Below are positions 37,827 to 47,251 of a stretch of DNA of 64,000 nt, piece by piece. The notes beneath the pieces are model-generated. The model had not been told where the DNA came from and did no database searches. It was given only the letters and a program-made list of their open reading frames with translations. Numbering within the stretch: the first letter of the stretch is position 1; every line of letters begins with the position of its first letter. Source of the DNA: a virus (lineage: Duplodnaviria > Caudoviricetes); the IMG/VR virus record IMGVR_UViG_3300029288_000095, positions 51,732 to 115,731 of that record; one strand, written 5' to 3'. Position numbers and translations under genes: made by a program.

Positions 37827-38629
37827 GCGCCGTTATGATCGTTCAGAACGCCGAAGACATAGTAGGCTATTCTGTAACAAGCCTATTGGCTGAATGCGAT
37901 GAAGTCGTTATCGTAGACGGTATCGGTCATGATAGAACAGAACAGATTATCCGCGATAAGGCTAAAGAACTTAACGCCGAAAGTAAGCTGAAGTATTTTA
38001 AGAATAGGTTTGTTACTTTCAACGAACAGCGTAACTTTTATCTAAAACATGCCACATCTTCATACGTGTTATACTGTGATAGCGATGAAGTAATCACCGT
38101 AGAACACCTTAAAAACATACGCGCCAAGATGGGTAAATACGATCTGATTTTGGTGCATTCAAATCACTTCTATATTGACTTCCATCATATCATAACGGGC
38201 GGCGGATGGGATAGTAGCTACCTTATGCCCAGATGCTTCAGAAACCTTAAAGGAAGGCTATCTTATGCGCCACACGCGCCTAATGCCGGCGACCACGATC
38301 TTATGGTAGATGCCACGCAAGGCTGTAGGGGCTTCTGGCAAGCGTCACAGTGCGTCTGTAGCAAGTCTGAAGCGGTTGTATACCATTATGGCTATGCGCT
38401 GTCTAAAGATCGTTCTATGCGCATGATGCAGTTCTTTTTGAAGTATAATTCTCCTGAAATACCTAAAGAACAGTACATTGATATTATTAATAAGCATCCC
38501 TATTTTAATCCGAAAACGTGGGAACAGGGAGCTAACCCGAACGACAAGATAATATGTAAATATGCGGGATATCACCCAGATATTATGAAGACGCACCCTA
38601 TGTATAATGTGGTTGTTATCAAAGACTAA
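37775..38629 (+). CDS. Glycosyltransferase family 2
   Basis: LSAVMIVQN, DEVVIVDG, QRN, CDSDE, HYGY. Confidence 0.85.
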   Translation: MPKKRKLQADRPSHITLSAVMIVQNAEDIVGYSVTSLLAECDEVVIVDGIGHDRTEQIIRDKAKELNAESKLKYFKNRFVTFNEQRNFYLKHATSSYVLYCDSDEVITVEHLKNIRAKMGKYDLILVHSNHFYIDFHHIITGGGWDSSYLMPRCFRNLKGRLSYAPHAPNAGDHDLMVDATQGCRGFWQASQCVCSKSEAVVYHYGYALSKDRSMRMMQFFLKYNSPEIPKEQYIDIINKHPYFNPKTWEQGANPNDKIICKYAGYHPDIMKTHPMYNVVVIKD

Positions 38630-38699
38630 AAAAATAGGGTGGCTAAACGGTGTGGAGGGTTTTGGTGGTTGGAAGGAGTGTCACCGTTTAGCCACCAGA
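38628..38699 (-). ncRNA. Candidate small RNA: 15-bp stem, 29-nt C-rich loop, U-tail
   Basis: ggtggctaaacggtg 38638-38652 pairs with caccgtttagccacc 38682-38696; TTGACT-N17-TATACT promoter at 38706-38734. Confidence 0.6.
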
Positions 38700-38818
38700 A
38701 ACTATAGTATACATCAAAAATATGAAAAAGTCAACATGCACGTTGACAGATAGTAAATAAAAGTCAACAAGAAAGTTGAAAAACATCAAAGAATAGAAAC
38801 CAATAATCAGAGGTTATC

Positions 38819-39196
38819 ATGTCAAAAGTATATCAAATTCCAGACGTTACGCAGACTATTACTACGACCGAAACAGATGTTATTTTTATTGGAGTTCAGG
38901 ATGTTATCGGGCGTAGCTTCTTCCTGATCAATGACGGCGCTGTAGACCTTACTTATAAGGTCTATGCAAGTCCTTCGGGTGTTGTAACTGGCGACAAGGA
39001 TAATGTTGGAAATACACTCACGGCTGCGCAGATCGCAAAAGAATGGGAAGTCCAGACGGCGATTACGGGAACGGTTGCTGCCGGCGTGTCGGCTTCAGTC
39101 AATGTGTCAAGCGTAATGTTAAAATATATAAAGCTTTCGGCATACACTTCTTCGGGATCGACTACGCTGAAAGCATACGCACAAAAGATAATCTAG
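38819..39196 (+). CDS. Virion protein, paralog 1 of a ~120 aa beta domain
   Basis: FF.NDG...TY.VY.SP.G...GDKD..GN...A..IAK.W shared with the next two ORFs. Confidence 0.65.
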   Translation: MSKVYQIPDVTQTITTTETDVIFIGVQDVIGRSFFLINDGAVDLTYKVYASPSGVVTGDKDNVGNTLTAAQIAKEWEVQTAITGTVAAGVSASVNVSSVMLKYIKLSAYTSSGSTTLKAYAQKII

Positions 39197-39206
39197 GATG
39201 TGAACA

Positions 39207-39584
39207 ATGTCCGCACCATATCAGATCGGAATACCGTTTACGGCTACTGTTGCAGTGCAGACTGCGCTGACTGTTCCGTATGTGAATTCTTTTTTCATTG
39301 TTAATGACGGCGACAACGCTGTTACATATACCGTCTACGGCAGCCCCGATGGGAAAAAAGCCGGCGATAAAGATAAAGATGGAAATATATTAACGGCTGC
39401 CGAAATAGCTAAGAGATGGGTTTCTGTAGACACGGGTTCTGTGACTACAAATAAAAGTATCAATGTTTCAGCAAGTCCATATCAGTTTTTCAGAGTAGAT
39501 GTATCAACGAGTGCCGCTACTTCGGCGATAAGGATTTGGTCGAACACAATAACTAAATTGTATGCGTTCTTGGTCACACCATAG
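39207..39584 (+). CDS. Virion protein, paralog 2
   Basis: Closely similar to the N-terminus of 39595-42549. Confidence 0.65.
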   Translation: MSAPYQIGIPFTATVAVQTALTVPYVNSFFIVNDGDNAVTYTVYGSPDGKKAGDKDKDGNILTAAEIAKRWVSVDTGSVTTNKSINVSASPYQFFRVDVSTSAATSAIRIWSNTITKLYAFLVTP

Positions 39585-39594
39585 GAAATAAAAT

Positions 39595-42549
39595 ATGGCG
39601 CAAAAATTTGAAATAGGAATACCGTTTACCGCAACGACATCGGTTCAGACGTTGTTAACTGTTCCTTATGTCAATTCTTTTTTCTTGGTTAATGATGGAG
39701 CTACCGCAATAACGTATAACATCTACGGTAGCCCGAATGGAATGAAAACTGGGGATAAAGATTCAATTGGTAATTCTTACAGTGCTTCTGAAATTGCAAA
39801 GAATTGGGAAGAGCTTGAATCGGGTTCGTTCACTACGAACAAAAGCATTAACGTATCGATCTATCCGTATAGATATTTTCGTCTTGATGTAAGCACGGCT
39901 TCAGGATCGTCCGCTGGAAGATTTTGGACAAATACAATAACAAAAATCTTTGGGCTTAATAATTCACGCGCCGATATTGACTACAAGGGATATTTTGCTA
40001 CTTCTGCTGCATTATCCGCCGCCTTCCCCACTTCGACCAACGGTGCTTATGCAATTATAGGATCCACAAAAACAATTTGGATATGGAACGATACAACGTC
40101 CGCTTGGAGCGATACAAGTGTAGCACCATCGCCAAGCACATATATAGTTGGCGCAGTTGTCGCATATGCAGATCTACCGACTGTAAGTGATCATACAGAC
40201 GAATTGTGGTTAGTAAAAACGACAACAGGATTGTTATTTTCAAGAAAAGCAAAAGGTCTTTATCTTAGTGATGGATCTTCGTGGACGTGGATGAGTGATT
40301 ACCAAATTCTTTACGATGATACGCAAACTACTTTTTACGACGATGGGGATAACACAAAACGCGCACAGTTCCAGCTTAACGGGATCACACCGAATAATAC
40401 TCGTGTACTTACTTTTCCAGATAAGGACATAACTATCGCTGGCGTTGATGATGTAGAAACATTAGAACAGCGGTTTGATACAGTTGCTAGTGACACGCTT
40501 TTTGCCACGGGTATAAATAACATCAACACAAGCGACCTTTTACAGCGGGTGAACACCACTTTATCTTTTAATGATAGTACCCATGTGTTCTCAATTGCAC
40601 CAGCGGGTGGGTCATACACCACATTTGATGTGTACCTTAGTGGTATAAAGTACACTTTTAATTCTGCACAAACTGTAGATTTGGATGACTTTTCTTTAGC
40701 AACTGATACACAATATTTTATATATTTCCACCTTAACGGAAGTAGCTGCGAGCTAACCGCAAGTACAACACCGTGGGAAATAGACAGCAATGCCGCACCT
40801 ATAGCGACTTTGTTTTGGAATGGAGTTAAAGGATTTTTGGGGGAAGAACGGCACGGCGCACGTAGGAATATAGCTTATCATAAATGGGCGCACAAAAATA
40901 TAGGTACAAGATGGACTTCTGGGTTGCTTGGAACATTCAACGCAGATGGTACGTTCAGCTTTGCTACCGGACAAATATCGGACGAAGATATAGTTCTCAA
41001 CATCACCGGTGCAGTCACAACAGCTCGGGTATGGTACACAACAACTGGTCCTAAACCAACAGTTAATGGGGATGCTACCGTTTCAGCTTATGTAGACACG
41101 GGAGTGTTAAAGTATAATTCATTATCATCTTACACATTGGAACCTGTAACATCTGGATATTTTGTAAGAAACTATTTTTATGGTACGAATGATATTGAAT
41201 TACCTATAGCAATGATTGTTGGTGAGAATGAATATAGCAATATTGAGGATGCTCGTAACGACCCGTTCCCAATTGCACCAACATACATCAACGCAGAAGT
41301 AAGACTTTTATATACTACAATTTGGGCTAATGTCGGCGGAACACCTACTTACGTAGAGAACACAGATTATAGAACGTCCCCGACACAATCAAATGGAACA
41401 CTGGCAGAAATTCCAGTTTTTCTTAGTGGTTTAGAGGATGTGTATGTTCCTACCCCACAGCTTGACCAGGTTTTAAGGTGGAACGGTTTACAGTGGACTA
41501 ACGGAGCACCAGTAGCAAGTAGTGCTTCTTCGGGGATACAATTCTTCAATTCCAGCCCAACAATAACTGGCGCAACTACGGATAATAGTAACCCTATTCT
41601 TACCTTGTCAAAAACGCCAGTAACAACTGCTGAACAAACCCAAGCTGCAACTGCAACTAATAACACAGTGCTAAGCGCAGCATGGTTATATGACACGGCT
41701 TTAGGGAGAACCAGCATAGATGCCGGGACATGGAACTTTAACAGCTATGCATATGTCAATTCTGTTATCGGTGGACGCGTAACTTATATGCAGCGTGGGA
41801 TTTATTCCGTCTTACCGCAAGACGGTGGTTCCATTACTGTTACATTTACGGGTACAGGGACGACGCGTACTGTGACTGCAAGCGGCGGTACGCCTTTCGC
41901 CACTACGAAGATAGATGCAAGTGCTACAAATACAATAGCGTCTTACATTCAAACGCCGAATGGGTTGTACCAAATCACGGCTAGAACGAGCGACACTGTA
42001 GTGTCAGTAACAACTTTGACAACCTATACGAATGAAAGTGCTGTTACCTTTAATGTGTGGAAGCGGCTATTCATCGCATCTTCGCCGACAGTAACGGCAA
42101 CCAGTTTAGCCACAATTGGGACGTATACATGGTCAAGTGTGCAGGCGGCGTTCACCATAACCGCTTTACACAAGTTCGGCGCAATTTCATTCGTAACAAG
42201 CAACAATACGACTACCCTTACGACTACATATGATGGGACTACGCATAACACCCATTTTGATACACCGCTTATAACTCTGCATAACAATCTTGCTGGGCTA
42301 CAAGGTGGTACTACCGGGGAGATGTACCACCTTACACAGGCGCAAGCTACTGTCGTAGCAAACACTTCTGGAACGAATACGGGCGATGTCACGCTTGCCG
42401 CAACCAATAATGGTTTAAGTTTGACTAATCAAGTGTTAGCACTTGGTACTCCGTCTACGCTTACCAACGCTACGACAAATGCCGTTACTGGAAGTTCTCA
42501 TACACATGCGGTTGAAATTGATTATTTAGGTCTACAAATATTTTCTTAG
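39595..42549 (+). CDS. Fibre/spike protein with paralog 3 domain at the N-terminus
   Basis: 984 aa, T/S-rich; fibre-type motifs LSGLEDV..DQVLRWNG..W.N, HNNLAGLQGG..YHL, HTH; ends DYLGLQIFS. Confidence 0.75.
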   Translation: MAQKFEIGIPFTATTSVQTLLTVPYVNSFFLVNDGATAITYNIYGSPNGMKTGDKDSIGNSYSASEIAKNWEELESGSFTTNKSINVSIYPYRYFRLDVSTASGSSAGRFWTNTITKIFGLNNSRADIDYKGYFATSAALSAAFPTSTNGAYAIIGSTKTIWIWNDTTSAWSDTSVAPSPSTYIVGAVVAYADLPTVSDHTDELWLVKTTTGLLFSRKAKGLYLSDGSSWTWMSDYQILYDDTQTTFYDDGDNTKRAQFQLNGITPNNTRVLTFPDKDITIAGVDDVETLEQRFDTVASDTLFATGINNINTSDLLQRVNTTLSFNDSTHVFSIAPAGGSYTTFDVYLSGIKYTFNSAQTVDLDDFSLATDTQYFIYFHLNGSSCELTASTTPWEIDSNAAPIATLFWNGVKGFLGEERHGARRNIAYHKWAHKNIGTRWTSGLLGTFNADGTFSFATGQISDEDIVLNITGAVTTARVWYTTTGPKPTVNGDATVSAYVDTGVLKYNSLSSYTLEPVTSGYFVRNYFYGTNDIELPIAMIVGENEYSNIEDARNDPFPIAPTYINAEVRLLYTTIWANVGGTPTYVENTDYRTSPTQSNGTLAEIPVFLSGLEDVYVPTPQLDQVLRWNGLQWTNGAPVASSASSGIQFFNSSPTITGATTDNSNPILTLSKTPVTTAEQTQAATATNNTVLSAAWLYDTALGRTSIDAGTWNFNSYAYVNSVIGGRVTYMQRGIYSVLPQDGGSITVTFTGTGTTRTVTASGGTPFATTKIDASATNTIASYIQTPNGLYQITARTSDTVVSVTTLTTYTNESAVTFNVWKRLFIASSPTVTATSLATIGTYTWSSVQAAFTITALHKFGAISFVTSNNTTTLTTTYDGTTHNTHFDTPLITLHNNLAGLQGGTTGEMYHLTQAQATVVANTSGTNTGDVTLAATNNGLSLTNQVLALGTPSTLTNATTNAVTGSSHTHAVEIDYLGLQIFS

Positions 42550-42559
42550 GAGAAAAATT

Positions 42560-42919
42560 ATGTCGAAAGCTACTAAAAGAAAGTTATCCGGATCTACGGA
42601 TGGGAAAGCAATAAAGGTCACTGGGACTGATACTGCTGGCGCAGTTACGGTGCATACAGCCGTTTCGGGGACTACGCCCGGTACGTTTGACGAGGTATGG
42701 ATATATGCCTATAATGGTCATTCGGCGGCTGTTGTTGTTACTATTGAATGGGGTGCGGCGGATGCTTGGAATGTAGTAAAGGTATCCGTGCCAAATCAAT
42801 CTGGTCTTGTTCCTATCATACCTGGTTTCTTGCTACAAAATGGAACTGTAGTAGAAGCCTTTGCTGCAACAGCGGATGTAATCGGAATACACGGTTTTGT
42901 AAATAGCATAACTGATTAA
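42560..42919 (+). CDS. Small fibre-associated (adaptor-like) protein
   Basis: LSGSTDGKAIKV..HT..DEVWIYAYN..GFVN, a pattern I recall from phage proteins that follow fibres. Confidence 0.6.
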   Translation: MSKATKRKLSGSTDGKAIKVTGTDTAGAVTVHTAVSGTTPGTFDEVWIYAYNGHSAAVVVTIEWGAADAWNVVKVSVPNQSGLVPIIPGFLLQNGTVVEAFAATADVIGIHGFVNSITD

Positions 42920-42940
42920 AAATAATACTGGAATTCTAAA

Positions 42941-43729
42941 ATGGCTACTTTGATCGCATGGTGGAAATTTAATAATAATCTTACGGCTTCACTAGGATCT
43001 GATGGTACTTTAGCTGGTGGTTATACTGCCGTATATGGCACTGGAAAGTTTTTTGAAGCAATTGATATGACTACGCAACCCACATTTGGCGAAAAAATAA
43101 ACGTATCTTTTACGATACCCACAAATGGGACAATTGAATTTTGGATTCAGCCTTCTGGATGGAGCTGGGAAAATACTACATTGACTGGTGATGCGAATTA
43201 CCACGTTCCTTTTGCATTGAATGCTTCGGGAAATCCGTATATGTATATACAATATGAACCTGGTATCGGAATAATACTCCAAATGGGTGATCAGGCTGGA
43301 AATGTTACAGACACATATACGACCAATGCAAAATTTGATGACGGTGTGTGGCATCATTTTGCATTTACATGGGGATCTGGCGGATTGAATGTATATGTAG
43401 ATGGGGTATTAAAAAAATCAGATAGCATGCATTCTTGTTCCCATAATGGAAGTACTTCATTCACGGCCCAAATATGTACAGCACCGTGGAGTGGAAGATA
43501 TTTCAAAGGTTATTTTGATAATTTAAAAATATACAATGGTGAAAAAACAGATTTTTCTGATAGATTTTATGAAAGTGGTGTTCCTCCTGTTACAACCTAC
43601 TTAAAAGATAAGTTAAGAAATCGTTTAGATTTGGCTGGTGTTTCATCTGGGCATGTTGCGAGCACTACCAATTATATAAAAACAAGATCACGAACTCGCG
43701 TTGAATTAACTGGAATATCAGCAGGTTAA
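42941..43729 (+). CDS. LamG/concanavalin A-like lectin-domain protein
   Basis: AWWKFN, GTIEFW, WHHFAFTW, YVDGVL, GYFDNLKIYN. Confidence 0.85.
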   Translation: MATLIAWWKFNNNLTASLGSDGTLAGGYTAVYGTGKFFEAIDMTTQPTFGEKINVSFTIPTNGTIEFWIQPSGWSWENTTLTGDANYHVPFALNASGNPYMYIQYEPGIGIILQMGDQAGNVTDTYTTNAKFDDGVWHHFAFTWGSGGLNVYVDGVLKKSDSMHSCSHNGSTSFTAQICTAPWSGRYFKGYFDNLKIYNGEKTDFSDRFYESGVPPVTTYLKDKLRNRLDLAGVSSGHVASTTNYIKTRSRTRVELTGISAG

Positions 43730-43786
43730 AAAAGTAGAAAATGATACAATATGTAGAAAATTATTTAGCCTAATTAAGGAATTTGT

Positions 43787-44557
43787 ATGCCCACGGAATA
43801 CTATTATATTGTAATTGGAATTGTTGCACTTTTCTTTATTATGGTTCTTGCAAGTATCTTTTTTAAAAAGGTAAAATTTACAAAAGATTCTATTGAATTA
43901 CAAAAAGACGATATAAAAGATAATTCTAAAGAGCTAAAAGAAAAATTGCGTAAATTCTATGAAGTTTATGCAATAATTGAAAAAAAATCATATGAAGCTG
44001 GATATGAAGTTGCAAAAGTAAAATATAAAACTATTTTAGACGCACAGCGCGGAACCGCCGAAGAACAAATGATACCATTACGAGAAAAAGTTATGAACGA
44101 ATTGTGCATTCTTTCTCGGAGCAAACATGAAACAGATGGAACTATTTTTTTGGGTATTGTAACTATATATTTTAATATATTTATGGCAAGTGTAAAAACT
44201 TCTTTTGAATTAAATAATTGGCGAAGAATGACACAAATTGAATTCGATGATATGATTAATAGAAAAATAAATCTTCTTTTATCTGAATGGAAGCGTGTTG
44301 TGAATATTTATTACATATCTAAATTCGCATCTGTACCACAAGATATTGTTTTAGGTTTGCTTGAAAACCCAAACGATATAGGGCTAAACGAATTATTTAT
44401 AAAAACAATAAAAACAATTTTTATTAGTGCAAAAAGTATGAAAATAAATGCTGAAGATAAAACGGTAGAAATAGAAAAGCAAATGCACGATTATAATAAT
44501 TCAATTATTAAAGCTAGTCTTGCTGATGAAAATGATGAAAAATCAAGCAAAAGTTGA
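43787..44557 (+). CDS. Membrane-anchored protein (holin-like candidate)
   Basis: Single N-terminal hydrophobic helix followed by KKVK; has its own late-like promoter. Confidence 0.45.
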   Translation: MPTEYYYIVIGIVALFFIMVLASIFFKKVKFTKDSIELQKDDIKDNSKELKEKLRKFYEVYAIIEKKSYEAGYEVAKVKYKTILDAQRGTAEEQMIPLREKVMNELCILSRSKHETDGTIFLGIVTIYFNIFMASVKTSFELNNWRRMTQIEFDDMINRKINLLLSEWKRVVNIYYISKFASVPQDIVLGLLENPNDIGLNELFIKTIKTIFISAKSMKINAEDKTVEIEKQMHDYNNSIIKASLADENDEKSSKS

Positions 44558-44596
44558 TTTTTTCGCAATAGTTGAAGAAGAAAACGGCGGTTACAA

Positions 44597-45403
44597 ATGT
44601 TAATTTATAGTTACAGTAGCGTTGTTCCACTGCAAATAACCATTTACAATTATAGTGGCGGACAGATAGTTGATCCAGATCAATATCCTTCTTCTACGCC
44701 AACTGTAACAATTTATGATTCTGGTTCAAATGTTATCGCTACGGGGCTTCCGACAATACGGCTTGGAACGGGCATATACGCTTATAATTATACTGTTCCC
44801 GCAAATGGTCCACAGGGGTATTGGCGTGTCGAATGGTATTTTACCATTGGAAGCTTTTTGCCTGGTGTTGAAAATCGAACTGAATATTTTAAGGTCGTTG
44901 AGCCTGGTGTGATAGAGTATGATCTTGATAATCTTGTAAACATACTTCGTATCCGCTTGAAGGATACGCACCCCGATTATCGCAAGCGTAAATGGACGGA
45001 TGTAGAATTGCAGACTTTTCTTGAAAATGCGCTTTGGGATATAAATGTTACGCCGCCCGAAACGACTTATTTTCTTTACAGCGGTCCGACTTCTTATTAC
45101 CAATATGTCCCAGATTGGAAGGGTTTGATTATGGAGGGTGCAGTAATATTTTCACTAATTGCCCAAAGTATTTTTGAAATGGGTAAAGAATTTTCTTTTT
45201 CAGATAATGGTATTTCCATGACGCTTGATCGCGGCGGGAAGTATCAAGGCATGGCTCAGATGATTTTATCACAATACGATCTACATAAAACAGCCGTAAA
45301 AAACAACTATTCATTCAATTCAGTTAGGCCATTCAGTATTATTGATTCAGAGTTGGTAGCGAAATTTTCGGCGATGGCTCCAATGTCATATCGATTCAGG
45401 TAG
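44597..45403 (+). CDS. Head-tail adaptor/neck protein with N-terminal Ig-like domain
   Basis: GTGIYAYNYTVP..G.WRVEW then helical LRIRLKD..WTD.EL..FL..AL.DIN..PP and FSFSDNGIS. Confidence 0.7.
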   Translation: MLIYSYSSVVPLQITIYNYSGGQIVDPDQYPSSTPTVTIYDSGSNVIATGLPTIRLGTGIYAYNYTVPANGPQGYWRVEWYFTIGSFLPGVENRTEYFKVVEPGVIEYDLDNLVNILRIRLKDTHPDYRKRKWTDVELQTFLENALWDINVTPPETTYFLYSGPTSYYQYVPDWKGLIMEGAVIFSLIAQSIFEMGKEFSFSDNGISMTLDRGGKYQGMAQMILSQYDLHKTAVKNNYSFNSVRPFSIIDSELVAKFSAMAPMSYRFR

Positions 45404-45407
45404 TAAC

Positions 45408-46304
45408 ATGTTGGTTTACGGAAGAACAGACGTTTATCGAAGTCCATGGGTGGCAGATGATCCAAATTTAGGCCAAGAAATTTTTTCGCCAAAAGATGCC
45501 ATGGATATTGACTATACTCTTGATGCTGTACTTCATATGGATTTTAATATTCTTAATGCAAAGGGCGAAACATTTCAGCTTTGGACGGAACGAAAGTCTG
45601 GGCTTAGATGCGATAACCCGCTTTGTCCTGCGAGTAAAGATAATCGTGAAAATCCTAATCCAAATTGCCCGACATGTCTTGGAACTGGATTCAAAGGAGG
45701 ATATGATAAACAGGGAGAAATACTTATTAGCGTTGCACCGCAATTAGATCAGATAACTTATGAACTTGGTGGGCAAGCTTATTTTTGGAAGCCGCAAAAT
45801 TGGACAATGCCTGATCCAAAAATATTTGCGGGCGATATTCTTTTTGCCATAGATCAAGAAAAGTTTGTACAAACGAAACTGGTACAAGATGAAGAATTAA
45901 CGCGCAGAACAGATAATAGCGCTGACTTTGATGCTCTATCTAGTAATAGTGTTACGCGAATCATTAAAATATCAAACAACGCAAATTCATCTGAAGATTA
46001 TCAGAAAGGCGCAGATTATGTTTTGTCGAACAACGGCGTTTTATGGATTAGTGATAAGCGCCCAGAAGGGTTTGATTCTTACTTTGTTACATATGAAATT
46101 AGCGATACTTTTTTTCAAATGTACCGAGTAGGTAGTGTTAATCATGCGACAATGCGCGGAAAGAGATTGCGGCAGATCGTAGAAATGACAGCGCTTAATC
46201 GTGGCGATGCAATGTATGAAATGCTTCAAATGGATACTGGTTACGAATCTTATAATTATCCATATGCTTTCCCGTATAGCGATTGGTACGAGCGGGACAG
46301 ATAA
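45408..46304 (+). CDS. Neck/head-closure protein
   Basis: GLRC..C..CPTCLGTGFKGGY; position in the neck module. Confidence 0.6.
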   Translation: MLVYGRTDVYRSPWVADDPNLGQEIFSPKDAMDIDYTLDAVLHMDFNILNAKGETFQLWTERKSGLRCDNPLCPASKDNRENPNPNCPTCLGTGFKGGYDKQGEILISVAPQLDQITYELGGQAYFWKPQNWTMPDPKIFAGDILFAIDQEKFVQTKLVQDEELTRRTDNSADFDALSSNSVTRIIKISNNANSSEDYQKGADYVLSNNGVLWISDKRPEGFDSYFVTYEISDTFFQMYRVGSVNHATMRGKRLRQIVEMTALNRGDAMYEMLQMDTGYESYNYPYAFPYSDWYERDR

Positions 46305-47204
46305 ATGGCTAATCCAATAATAGATATTTTTCTTGAAATGGACGATGACGCGATCATGTCCGATCAAAAAGCGGTTATTGCGGTTAATTGTTCCGTAAAG
46401 GGTAAAGTTGTAAGCGGTATTGTTATAACTACAACGGTAACTGGCGGTACGCTCACGCCGGCGACTGCAACTACCGATATCTATGGAAATTGTAAACTTG
46501 TATTTGCGCCACCAGCCGCTATGACGGCAAAGGCATCCTATGATATAGTCTTTACGGCTACGAAAACGGGTTTGACAACTTCAACTAAAAATCTTACCAT
46601 TTATGTTGATATACTTCCCGATGATCTAAAAACCGGTAATCTTGAACATTCAATAATGCTGTATCGCATTCGCGATATTATACTAAATTCTTTAAAAAAA
46701 ATACTTCTTAACGATAGGGAATTGTATACTTCTACGGGTCTTACTTCAGCGCCAGTTTTCTATAATGGGTGGAATTATTCTTCAAAAGAATTCCCGCAAA
46801 TTATCATATCTGGTTCTTCTATGACGCCACGCGAAACTGGCATAGGAAATAATATGTTGGGGGAAGGGCGTGAAGTAGGACAACCAGATTATGAAATGCT
46901 CGGCGGATGGTTTGATATGAATCTAAGCTTAAATTGTGTCGCTGAAAGCAAAGCTGTACAAGAAAAACTTCTAAGCAATTCAACGTATGCTTTATGGGTC
47001 AAACAGAGATCTAATTTGTGGCGGAATAACGTTCTTTTGCTATCAATTGATACAGGAAATGAAGTAGTGGAACCATACCAAGATCAAAAATATCGTTATC
47101 TTTATGGCGGTTCTGTTAATATAAAATTGGCTACGGAATGGTTCTATAAGAATACTTATGATTATACGATTACAGATGTCATTCCAACGCAAACAACTAA
47201 TTAA
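46305..47204 (+). CDS. Tail completion/terminator-like protein with N-terminal Ig-like domain
   Basis: ATTDIYG Ig-like motif; FPQIII; immediately upstream of the sheath gene. Confidence 0.55.
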   Translation: MANPIIDIFLEMDDDAIMSDQKAVIAVNCSVKGKVVSGIVITTTVTGGTLTPATATTDIYGNCKLVFAPPAAMTAKASYDIVFTATKTGLTTSTKNLTIYVDILPDDLKTGNLEHSIMLYRIRDIILNSLKKILLNDRELYTSTGLTSAPVFYNGWNYSSKEFPQIIISGSSMTPRETGIGNNMLGEGREVGQPDYEMLGGWFDMNLSLNCVAESKAVQEKLLSNSTYALWVKQRSNLWRNNVLLLSIDTGNEVVEPYQDQKYRYLYGGSVNIKLATEWFYKNTYDYTITDVIPTQTTN

Positions 47205-47251
47205 AAGTTGATTATGCGCAAATATCAGAATGAAAAGATAGGAGCAATTCT

